DNA from: Trichodelitschia bisporula
Taxonomy: Eukaryota
Length of the DNA stretch: 64,000 bases
Assembly (NCBI GenBank): GCA_010356995.1
Contig: ML996690.1
Coordinates: 1,210,217 to 1,274,216, forward strand
Direction: 5' to 3'
Shown: positions 34,993 through 46,900 of the stretch, piece by piece
Numbering within the stretch: position 1 is the first letter of the stretch
How the letters are laid out: each line of letters starts with the position of its first letter
Program-made: the position numbers and the translations under genes
Notes under the pieces: generated by a model
What the model was told of the DNA's origin: nothing
The model's database searches: none
Seen by the model: the letters and a program-made list of their open reading frames with translations, nothing else

Positions 34993-37900
34993 ATGCAGCA
35001 TCCACCCGCCGTCTCCACCGTAACAACGGTCGACATCGCGCAAAACTACACATTCATTTCCCGCCCCCCACCCGCTCGCCCCGGCCAGGCCATACCCCCC
35101 CCCACGCCCCCGCCCACGCGCACGCCCGTCCCATATCCAGCTAACCCCTTGGGCTGCAACCGACCGCCGCCATACCTGGTCGTGAAACACACCCCGCTCC
35201 CGCCGGATTGGGACAACAAACCACTGTTCGCCGATCCGCTGTACGCTGGGCCGCTTTTTGCCGATGCCGACGGGCGCCTCGGCCCGCCCCCCGCCCCGCA
35301 ATGTGAGCCCAGCACCCGCACCGCCCCGCTCGCCTTGCTCTTCCAAGTGGGCATCATGCTCTTGGCGGGCATTTGGTATTTGAGTCAGGGGCCCGGCCGG
35401 CGCTGGCAGCGACGGTTTGGGTACTTGGATGGGAGGATGAGGGGAGAGTGGGGTGTGGAATGGAGGGGTGTAGGCAAGGGGTGGAGACCGAGATTGGAGA
35501 CGATTGTGGAGAAGGGGGTGGGGGAGCAGGTGTACCCCACGCTCGACGAGGAGGAACGCGCTGCGCTCGCCTACACGGAGCTCGACCGGTCCACGCGCTC
35601 ACCCGCGCCTGAGCCGGAGACGGCCCCGCCTATGCCTGAGCTTGAGGTACGGAAGGTGAAGATGGACAGGATGAGCAAGTTGGAGGCGCGCAGGGGCAAG
35701 CGCGGTGCCCGCAAGTACAGCAATCCTCACGGGGGCCAGTACGGCCGCCTGGCCCGCGTTGCCGCGGGGAAGAAGAAGGGGGAAAAGACCGGACCTGCAC
35801 CTGGGATTGAGAGTGATGGGGAGCCATACCCGATGCCCCTGCCTACACCTGAGCCCCAGCCAGAGCTGCCTGCACCGAAGCCGGAGAAGAAAGGGCGGGG
35901 CAGGCGGGAGCGCCGTCGGTGGCGCGCGTTGGCGGCGGAGGATGTGGCGTTGCTTGCGACTGAGCATGGCGGGGTTTGGAATGAGCGGGAGAGGGATAGG
36001 CGGAGGGCGGTGGCGGCGGCGAAGAGGCGTGGCGATGTGGACGGAGGTGCGGGTGCGAGTACGCCTCTGCTTCAACCCGGCAATCGGCGTGAGGGTCTTA
36101 CCGAATCAGCACCGCAATATGTCTCTGGGACGGTGCCGGAGGGGTCGGCGTCCGGTTGGACAACTGTACCCCCGTCGCGCATCCTTCTAGTTTCTTTGCT
36201 AGCGCTCGCGCTCGCGCTCCCCGGCACTGGCGCTACGGTAATCTGTCCTGAACGTTACGTTTCGTCTTACTACCTGAGCACGTGTGCACCGTTCCCGTTT
36301 CCTGCCGGACCGTGCGCTATCCCGCCGACTCCACCACCATCACCCGCTACATGCTTCGTTCCTTACTCCCCGCCAGTTGCCGAACTATGCACCCGGACCC
36401 GCACGCCATGGACTGTCCCCGCGGAATGGCGCCCGAGACCAACATTCGAAACCCCCACGCCCCTCGCCCGCCGCGTGCTCGCTTCGCTAAGCCCGTACTT
36501 ACACATCACCGTGCGCGACTGCATCTGGCTCGCCTCCGCCATCTTCTTCCTGCTCTCCTGGGCCTGGCTTTGGAAATGGGGCACCGTGGCCCCGCCGCGC
36601 GGCCCGGTTACCTACGAGGAATGGCTAAGGGGTGAGGGGGAGCCGCGCCTGCGGCGGGTGGCTAACTACAAGGTTGTCGATGGGTTCCTGTGCGACGTCG
36701 CTGATTCCGAGGCCAACGAAGTTTCGACCCCAGACACCGCAGATGAACGCGAGGTTATGGGCGCTTTTTATCTCCCCCCCGATCACGACAGCTGGCCGGA
36801 TAGGAAACGCAGGCGGCGCCGGAGTGGCAAGCGGCGCCGGAGTAGCAGGACTGGACACTTCAAGATAAGTAGGGAGGAGAGGGAGGTGCGGGCTGGGGCG
36901 GAGAGGGACGAGGGGGGGGATGAGGTGGATGAAGAGGACTGTGATGTTCCCGTTGCCTCGGTTGAGGCCGAGGAGTTTGAACTCACGGAAGAGATTAAGC
37001 GGAAGTGGGATCGCTGGATGCGGAGCAGGCGAGGGGAGCGAGGGGTTATGGGTCAGGAGGGCCAAGCCGCTGTGGAACGAGAGGGGCAAGTCGCGGCGTT
37101 TCAAGTGGTACACGGCGAAGAGGTCCGAGTGGAAGAAACCGAAGCGCTCCGACTGGAAGAAGCCGAAGAAGTGTTCCGAGTGGAAGAAGCCGAAGCGTTC
37201 CGAGTGGAAGAAGCCGAAGAAGCGTTCCTAGTGGAAGAAGCCGAAGCCTTCCGAGTGGAAGAAGCCGAAGAAGCGGTCCGAGTGGAAGAAGCCNNNNNNN
37301 NNNNNNNNNNNNNNNNNNNNNNNNNNNNNNNNNNNNNNNNNNNNNNNNNNNNNNNNNNNNNNNNNNNNNNNNNNNNNNNNNNNNNNNNNNNNNNNNNNNN
37401 NNNAGTGGAAGAAGCCGAAGAAGCGTTCCTAGTGGAAGAAGCCGAAGCCTTCCGACTGGAAGAAGCCGAAGCGTTCCAAGTGCAAGAAGCCGAAGCCTTC
37501 CGAGTGGAACACGCGGAAGCGATCCAAGTGGTAACAGCCGAAGCGTTCCGAATGGTACAAGCCGAAGCGAATCGAATGGAGCAAGCTGAAGCGGACCGAG
37601 TGGAACAAGTCGAAGCGAATCGAGTGGAACAACTCGAAACGGCCGGTGTGGAAAAATCCGAAGCGGACCGAGAGGCCGCGGACCCCGTAAATTCTACCCA
37701 CGAGCTCACAGTGGGGGGCCTCGTTGGTGATAATCCTATTGAGTGGCAAAACTCCGCCATCACGCGTGACCAAGTGCGAGAATGGCATCTCGAAGGCGAT
37801 GCGGACGATTTTTGGCCCCCCTCACAGAGAAGGTGTTGGTGCAGCTATCAAGATGAGGCGCACGACGAGGTAGTCTGCGAGCAATATAAGACGATGCTTC

Positions 37901-40900
37901 GGCGCCGGCGCCGGTATTTGGCTAAGGCAGACCGCGAGGAGCGACGCAAGGGCCGTCGGCGAGCTGAGAGGCAAGCCGCGTCGAAGCGGTGGGCGAAAAA
38001 GATCAAGCGCCGGCGGGATGCCTGGGAGCTCAAAAAGTGGGAGCGTGGGCTGGGCTCTACGGAGCACTCCGGTGACTCGCGCGAGGAGCGACGCAGCTCT
38101 GACGTACACTATGCGTTCTTACTCAAGTACAGTGTCGCTACCGAGTTACGGTGTCGTCTCCAGGGACCGACGTCCAGTTACTCCCGCCTTTTTCTGTTTG
38201 GGTATCTGTATTGGGAGATGATGAACAAGGAAGACTTGGCGGGGTGGGTGGCAAGGGAGAGGGCGCAGGGCGAGAGTGGGGGCGCGAACGATTGGGTGGA
38301 ACCGCCGGAGGAGGTTCTTGGGTTGGAGGAAGGGGGCTTTGAGCGGATGAAAGAGATGGAGGGGAAGTTTAGGGACCTCAGGGAGTGGCGGAGGGAGTAT
38401 GCTGTGGAGGAAGAGAAGCTGCGCGGACCGTGGGAGATGGGCTATATGGCAGAGAGGTTCTGGCAAGAGGAGTGGGAGCAAGCTGAGATGGACCGGGCAT
38501 GGAATGATCTGAACAACCCTTTCGCGGTTCTTGCCGAGCTGTCCGGCACACCCACTAGCGACGACTCAAACACTACGGACCACGCCACCAGTCGACCGTA
38601 CGGCGCCTACTCCGCTCCGGCCTCCCTCGGCAAGCCTAACTTCGTCCCCCCACCCTGCCTCGCCTCCTCCCGGCCCGAGCCCCTTGCTAACTCCGTCGAC
38701 CTTCGCCCCCTCCCCCCGGTACCACCTTTCGTCAATACCCTCCTAGCCGAAGGGGAAATCACACCCTTCCTGCCCGTCGACCCCTGCCCAGCAGGCCCAC
38801 CTATCGACCCGGAACCCCGGCCGGGCGACACGATCTTCACCGTTAACGAGGAGTGCTACTCGCAGCCCCTCGAGCCCATAACAGACACCACGCCAGCCAC
38901 CGGCACGATCATGCCGCCGTTCCGCAAGATCGCGGACGTGGTCATCGCACTGCTCCGCACGATCCGTAATAGGGCCCACGGCCTCGTGAGCGTCGAGGTT
39001 AGGCCGGCGGATGAAACCGCCCCGTGGACGCCAGGCCCGCCCACGCCGCCGGAGCCATGGACGCCTCCGGAACGGCGCTCGGCGGCGGAGGCGCTGCGCC
39101 ATGCGGCGCGCAAGCCTGATGGGCCGGGAGAGGGGTCGTGTGTATGCTGTGTGCCGTGGAGATTGGGCCGGTGGAGGAGCGCGCGGAGGTCCACTGTGCC
39201 CGACGGGGGCGAGCGGGCCATGGAGATGACGACGTTTGCTGAGACGGTGCGGCAAGTGGATGGTGGCGGCGCCGCAGGTGGACAGCCGGATCCCATTGCC
39301 GAGGGTGAACAACCGAGCACCCATCCTGATCCGGACAACGAGACACATGCCAATTCGGAAAGCGATTCAGATCGGGGTTCGGACGACATCCCGTGGCTCC
39401 AGCATCCGACCCTACCGGCAATCGGAGAGGGGAGCGAGAACTCTGCGCCTGACGACGCCCCGGTACCGCGAGCCGCAGATCCCCCGCCGGCATCCACGCC
39501 GTTCTCGAACCTGGATATCGTCGAAGAAGCGAGTGAGCACTCCGAGCCTAGGGGCGGCGCTGCAGCGAAAGGTGCATACTCCCCACCAGCGTCCGCGTCA
39601 CGCTTCGTCTCGCTCCATGGATTCGTCCAGAGTGAGGACGGTACCTCCCTTTCACTCCACGGGACCGGAACTGGGGACCTGCCGCCGATAGAGGGCATCG
39701 AGGGCGCGCGGCCCAGTTCCGATGATATCCCGCCTCCGGGGCGCGGTCGCGGCAGTGGTCGGGCCGGCGAACCAGCTGCGCCGCCGGCTGGTACCGCGTC
39801 CGGTGGAGGACACCTGTTGATGGGCCCAGGGCCGGGGTACCGTGGCCGATACCGTGGTCGCAGCCGATACCGTGGTCGCGGCGGTAACCTTGGTCGAGGT
39901 GGAAACGCTCCTCCCGCTGGAAACGCTCCTCCCGCCGGACAAGAGCCTTCCCAAGCCGACCCGCCCTTTGAAGCCAACTCCGATGAAACCGCAGAGGAGG
40001 AGTTTGTGTCGACTGCTGATCCCTCGACTGCGGATCCTTCGCGGGCACAGGCTCCTCCGAGCCTCATTTTTCCGGAAATTCCGGCTCGGGGTCCTCCTGT
40101 GTGGGACTTTGTGGAGCCTTACATACCGTCCGCTGCGGATCCTCCAAGGGCATCAGCTGACGAGGCTGCGTCGGGAATGACTGATCCTTCGGGGGTGCCG
40201 GCTCCAAAGCTTTGGGAACCCCCAGCTGGAAAGACTTGGGGTGCGGTTGTTGTGGAGCATTTGGAAACGATAGCTGAATGTTCCTCGCCACCACCAGCAG
40301 CTCCACCTCCAGCTGCAGCTCCACCACCAGCTGCAGTCCCATCAACAGCTACAGTTCCAGCACCAGCTACAGTTCCAGCACCAGCTACAGTTCTAGTACC
40401 AGCTACAGTTTCAGCACCAGCTACACTCTTGCCACCAGATGTATTCCCACCACTAGAACTAGCTACAGTCTCACCACCAGCTGTTGCCCCAGCACCAGCT
40501 ACAGTCCCGGCACCAGCCGCGGTCCCAGCATCAGCTACAGTTCCAGCATCAGCTACAGTCCCATCACCAGCTGTCGTCCCATCACCAGCTACCGTCCTCC
40601 CACCAGCTGCAGTCCTCCCATCAGCTGCAGTCCCCCCACCAGCGGCAGTCCCCCCACCAGCTGAAGTCCCAGCACCGGCTGCAGTCCCAGAACTAGCTGC
40701 AGTCCCAGCACTAGCTGTAGCCTCAACACCAACTGCAGTCCCGGTACCAGCTACAGTCCCGGCACCAGCTGCAGCACCAGCCGCAGTCCCAGCACTGGCT
40801 GCAGTCCCACCACCGGCTACAATCAAGCGCAAGACGTATAGCGGGAGGAAAAAGCGGAAACTGAAGGCGGAGCTGTCAGAAGATGAAAAAAATGCATGGG

Positions 40901-43900
40901 AAACGATGGTTAGCGACGCACGCCTGGAGAACCGCTTCTTGAAAGAGAAGGTACAGGAATACCCCGACCGTCACTTTAGGGAGGCGATTGACCAGGCGTT
41001 GGATCGTCCTCCAAAAGAGACGATGTCAGGCACAACCGACCGATCAACCTGGGTGAAAATCCCGTACAACCCGGAGGCCGCAGGGCGTCAGACACGGCGA
41101 TCACATATACCACTGCAAATGCCAAAGTTACCAACTGGCCCCGAACTGGCAGAATTTATTCTTGAGCGTGTCAAAAAGTCCAATCCCTCTTATTTCTTCA
41201 AACTGCGGATGAAGGGTTCCTCTGAGGACACCGAAGACTGGCTTTCCTTCGATAGCGAAATTCTCACTGTGGCGCGCATCACATTCTGCCGTTCACTTGT
41301 GTGGACTGTCGGTACCCGAGATGCAACGCAGCCCAGGGACGGCGATGCAGGGGACGAGCAGCAAGCAGCAACGCAGCAACAAGGAAAATCGATCGAGCCG
41401 CCAGACATGTGGAGTCTAAGGCAAAACTTTGCGGCGGAGAGCCAAAGTGATGTACCGCTACAGCTGGTGAACTTGCTGATTATCACGTTCCGTCACCCGC
41501 CAAAGCCCGTTTTGCTCACGAACGAGGGGCAACTGTCAATCACTCTGGCGCTTCCTCGTCAGACACATTCCGTAACCAGTCTTCCAACCCCAGGCCCTCG
41601 AATGCCACAAACCGACGAAGAGAGGGCGACGGGAATTCTTCACGCGTTGGATTGGGATGTCTATGAGCCCCCAATATTTTCAACAATCGTCACCAACGGC
41701 GCTCATCCCAAAGCATTCTGTATTACTTACAAAGGTGATGGGCATCTCAAGCTTGAGACTACGCTTCATCCTATGCAAGCACTCAAAAAAGGAGACGAGG
41801 AAGGCAAAGCTGACCACAAAGCCTTGTCTGGGGCGCCTAGAGTCATGAAATTAGTATGCGCAGCATTCCGAAGCAAAACTGCGCCCATCATTGAAAACCC
41901 GAACGGTTCCTTCAGCGTCGCGCTCCCGATTCCCGGCAAAGATTTCGACGACGAGAAGATCAAGGCAATGCGTCGTTCCTTGAAAGCAGCGGGGGGTATT
42001 GACCAGCCAGGCGCGCCTCAGCCCAGCGACGACTACATTGCGGAAATGTTGTTACGGCAACTGGGGTTGCAGGGTGAGAAGCGGGAGCGATTTCTCAAGC
42101 GACTCCGGTATCAATGGCCGGACGGCAAGTTTCAAGCAGTAACGGTGCTCTCTTTGCCGAAGGACAAGATGACCATTGAATACCGTTATATATCCGCAGA
42201 CGGCACTGAGCAGTCGAGCTCCGATGAGGCCTCAGAGTCTTCAGAGGAATCAAGCGAATCGCGTTCCGAGGAGCCTCCTCGGCCCGCCGTCCTCCCCGCC
42301 TCCAAGCCGAAAACCAAACGTGCACCCAAGCCGGCCCGGAGTAGCACGGTGGAAGAGTCGGCCCGCAGTTCAGGATCGCCAGTCCCCGAGGCGCCCGCGC
42401 CTCCATTCTCTCAGCTGCCGCCCTCAGCTGCTCCCGTGCCGGTACCCGTCCCAGAGGGCTCATCTTCCCCGCCATTGTGGTTCGACCCAACTCGCAAGCT
42501 GCCCGGCCAGTCTCGAAAGCTGCCCGACCAGTCTAGCAAGCTGCCCAGCCAGTCTCGCAAGCTGCCCGGCAAGTCCAGCAAAAAATCGTGGCCCCCCAAA
42601 GCTCCCAAGCCATCACAGCCCGCCCAATCTCCGACCCCTCACCCAGCTCCAGCGGCGCCCACGCCTGCGTTTGCCCCGGTTCCCGTACTTGTCCCGATGG
42701 GCCCCCCTCCCACACCGGCGCGGCCCGCCCGACCTCCGACTCCACCACGACCTCCCCGGTATCCGGCCCCGCAGCCAGAGCCAGGGGTGCCTACGCCCTC
42801 AGACGCACCCGCGCCTGCATCTGTCATATTTGCCTCTACTTGGTGTCTGGGATTGCTTGCGGCAGTGCAGTCGGACGACGGTTCAGAACCGCAAGACTCT
42901 GTGGCATCTGTGCCCCAGGTCTCTCAGCCGCAACCCTCGGTCGCCCCCGTACCCGCACCCGTCCCGCAGCCAGCGCCAGCGGTGCTCGTGCCTGCACCTG
43001 ACGTGTCTGGGTCTCCTCAGCCTCCGGAAAGGCTTTCGGCGCAGGTGGAAACGACTGACGCGGAGACGTCCCAGGCTCTCGCAGGGGACTTGAACCAGTA
43101 TGTCTTCGTGACGGCGGCAGTTTACAGAGCAATTCAGGCCCGGATCGACGTCAACCATACTGTAGCCGGTACTAAGGAGCGCCGCGTGGCCATGAATAAC
43201 CTGACGCACGAACTCGCCGAATGCAAGAGATACCTGGACGAGCTGACAGGGGAAGATGAGGCGTGGCTCAAAAATTTCAGGACAATACTGGCAACTGATT
43301 TTCAGCAAGCCTTGCCGGCTAGCCCCGGCGAGGGTCATACGCGGGTGGGCACGGCTCACGGAGAGTCTTCCGCATCCTCGGTCCGCCAAGCAGCGGTTAA
43401 CGCGTTTTCACAAGCAATCGAAGCGCTTCTCAAAGTCAAGAGTGCTGGGGCCGATCCTGAGACGCTCCTTAGGAAGGGGCCCGCACTGGTGGCACATCGC
43501 CCGTGGTTAAGTGAGGAAGAGGCAACGGGTTTCGAAAGGTTGTTGGTGAACATGGAAACGAAAATATGGCTGGCCTCGTACAGTGGTGCTCAAGCAGACA
43601 CAGCTGATGTGGCATCACTCTCAGCACTGGATCGTGCAGGGCGACAGGCGCTTGCGGCAATAGACTACGTGTCCTTCCATTTTGACATTGCTAGTCATGC
43701 CTATTTCGAAACGAAGTGGAACGCCCTGGCGAGCAAAGAACTCGTGCTAAAGACGCGGAATGAGAGGTTGGGAGCGAAATGGGCAGCGTTAGCCGAAGAA
43801 GAAAATGAGGCTTTGGAAACGGGGGATGATTTGGTGATCCCCTTGAAAAATCGCGAGCTGAAGCAAGCAAGGGACGCGCTACGGGCGGAGTTCGTATCAC

Positions 43901-46900
43901 TGGACGGGCAGCTCGCGAAAGTGGAAACGGAAATAGAAGCGTTGGCCGAAAAAGTCCAGACGATGGAAGACAAATTGCTACCGGCTGCGCAAACCGCTTC
44001 CGGCGAGAGTGATGCGCGAGTGGACACGGCTAACACGGGGCCGTCCGAAAGCTCGGTTACAGCCGCGCCTGTCGGAGCGGGATCGCCTGCAAGCTCGGTT
44101 CAAGGCGCGCTGAAGGTTGGTGGAAAAGCCGAGCCTGCCGCTCTCATTCCGGCCTCGTCGCCGGCTCTCTCAGCGCGAGTGGTGCTTTTCGAAGCAATCA
44201 AGGCCCGTCTCGAACTGGAGCGTACTGCGCTCGATTCCGAGAAGCTCCACGTGACCAAGGCCAAGCTGAAGGCCGAAGTCGCTGCGGCACAGGCGTACCG
44301 CCCGGCGTTAACTGTGCAAGAACAGAGGGTGTTTGACGAATTCAAAGGGGCCCTGGGAACGAGATCAAGGCTAGCCTTGCCAGCTAGGCCCGACGATAGG
44401 GATATGACTAAAGCGGAGCTTTCTGCGCACCTGGCTCATCACATAGCGCAAATGGCGCTTTGGGAGGCATTCGTGGCGATTGTCCAAGTCGAGCGTGCTG
44501 CGGCCGACCCTGCGGCGCTCGAATCGAAAATTTCCGCGCTGCGACCCATAGCAGCCACGCTAAAGGAACACTTCCCGGTACTGACTGAGGCAGAGAAAAC
44601 GTGGTACCTCGAAGCTGAGGGGGACGTGAGAAAGATAAGGTGGCTGGCGGCCCCGATACCCGACGATGGTGATACACGGATTGACACGGCCAACACGACG
44701 TCTTCCGCACCCTTGGCTCGTGCAGCAGCGAAAAGGGCCCTTTCCGAAGTATTTGAGGCGGCTCTCGAATTGAAGAGTACCCCGGCCGATGATCAGACGC
44801 TCCAGGTGAAGAATGCCGTGTTGTCTCTCAAATTTACTGCACTCCTGGCACACAAAGCGTCGCTGAGTCAGGCAGAACTGGAGCCACTCTTCAAACTCTT
44901 GACGGAATTGGATAAGAGCATAATGATGGGCCCGCACACTGTGCCTGACCGGGGTGATACACAGGTGGGTACGGCCAACGCCGGGCCGTCCGCAAGCTCG
45001 GCTACAGCCGTGGCGGAGGTAGGTGGCGGAGCTGAGCCCACCACTCTAGTTCCGGCCTCGTCGTCTGGGCCCGCCCAGGTCTCAGTGCCTACGGAGCCCT
45101 CCTCTACCGTCGCCCCGGCGCAAGAGGGAGTACAGGCCATGCTGGAAGAGGGCGCGCGGTCGGCCACGGCTGATGCGCGGCTATTGTCAGAACATGTTCG
45201 TGTGGAACGAGAGGGGCTTGACGCAGTGAAAGAGGCGCATCGTGAATTGGACCTTGTTGATGCTACCGATTATGTGATGCGCGGCGAGAAGCGGCACCCG
45301 TGGGATCTCGCACTGAGGCGCCAAAAGTCCACGCTAGAAGCTCACTCTGCGACGCTGAACGCGAAATTAGCGGCGTTGGTCGACGAAGAAAAGAGCCTTA
45401 CGACTGTGGATAATCTTACCGTGCGCCGTGCGATGGAGGGCATGCTGAAGCTCAAAAAGACTGTCGCAGAGGCGGAGCACGCGTCACTGAACGCGAAGTT
45501 CTCGCAGCTGGATGTGGAATTATCGTCGTACCAAAAAGAAGTACAGACGTCAATGAAAATGATAGAGACGTCAATGGGAAAGATAGAGACGTCAATGGAA
45601 AAGATAGCGGCTCAGCTCATCACTAACCAAGAGGGTGATATGCGGGTCGAAAAGGCCAAGGGAGGACGGTCCGCCGGCCCGGTTCACGCAGCACCGGAAA
45701 CACCCGACGAAGCCGAGCCTGCTGCAGTGGCACGGCCCGACACGGGACTCTCAACCGGCGCGGCTCACGCAGCACCGAAGATGCACGGTGGGAAGAAGCG
45801 CAGCCACTACGACAGACTCCTCACGAAGCGCGCGAGGGTGAAGGAGGAAGTCGCGGTGCTCTTCAAAGAACTCTGGATGGTCGCGGACCGGGAACAACTG
45901 CAGGAGGCACTCCGTGAGCTGCTCGATGCACTCTGGGCAGACAGGGCGAAAAGAATTTCGCCGGCCATACAGATAAAGTGCAACAAGGGTGACACGCGGG
46001 CGCCTACGGCTGACACAAGGGTTTGGCGTGACCTCAATCGCAAAGTGCTGAAGTTATTTTCTAGCAAAATGGTCAAGTTGTTTTCTAGCAAAGTGGCCAA
46101 GTCAGGTCGCATCGCCGAGATTACTATATTGAAACCAGCCGCGCACGCCGCAGTAGACGACGGCGATACCCGAGCCGAAACAACGGATGCGGGATCGTGT
46201 GTAGATCCGGTTCACGTAACACTAAAACTGCGGAGCGAAGCCGAGTCCACTGCATCGGCACCAGAATCGGTTAATGTGGAATCGCCCGCAAACCCCTTAC
46301 AAGCACTGCCGACGACGCGTGACGATGCCGAGCATACTGCTTCGGCGGGTGTTGAAACACACCCCGTGACGAAGCGCGATCTGGCTCGCCAAGTCAAATG
46401 GCTCGTGGCGAGGCACAAGGACTTCAAGGCGAAACTTGCGGAGATTCGAGGCGATGTTGTGCTATACGAGAACGATGACCCGGACGAAACGATCGGCGCG
46501 GGGCTTATTACGAAAATGGTTCACGGGGGCCTCACCATGAACCAGATTCACGCATCACTGGATGAAGCCGAGTCTGCTGCTGCGGCGCCGGTCTCGCAGC
46601 CCACGCCACATGTGCGCGACACCCGGACCGAAACGCCCGACACGGGGCCTATTGTGGACCTGATTGATAGACTTCTGGAGTTACTCAACGACGTCGAGAC
46701 TACTGCAGTCGGACCGACTGCGCAGGCCGCACAAGACGAGAGTGATGCGCAGGCCGCACAAGCCGAGGGTGATACGCCGGCTAAGACGACTGACGCAGAA
46801 CCATCCGCAGTCCCCGTTCACGCAGCGTCGGAGCCCCGTGGCGACGCCAAGCCTACTTCAGTGGGACAGTCCGCAAGCCCGATCCACGCAGCGCTGCAGA

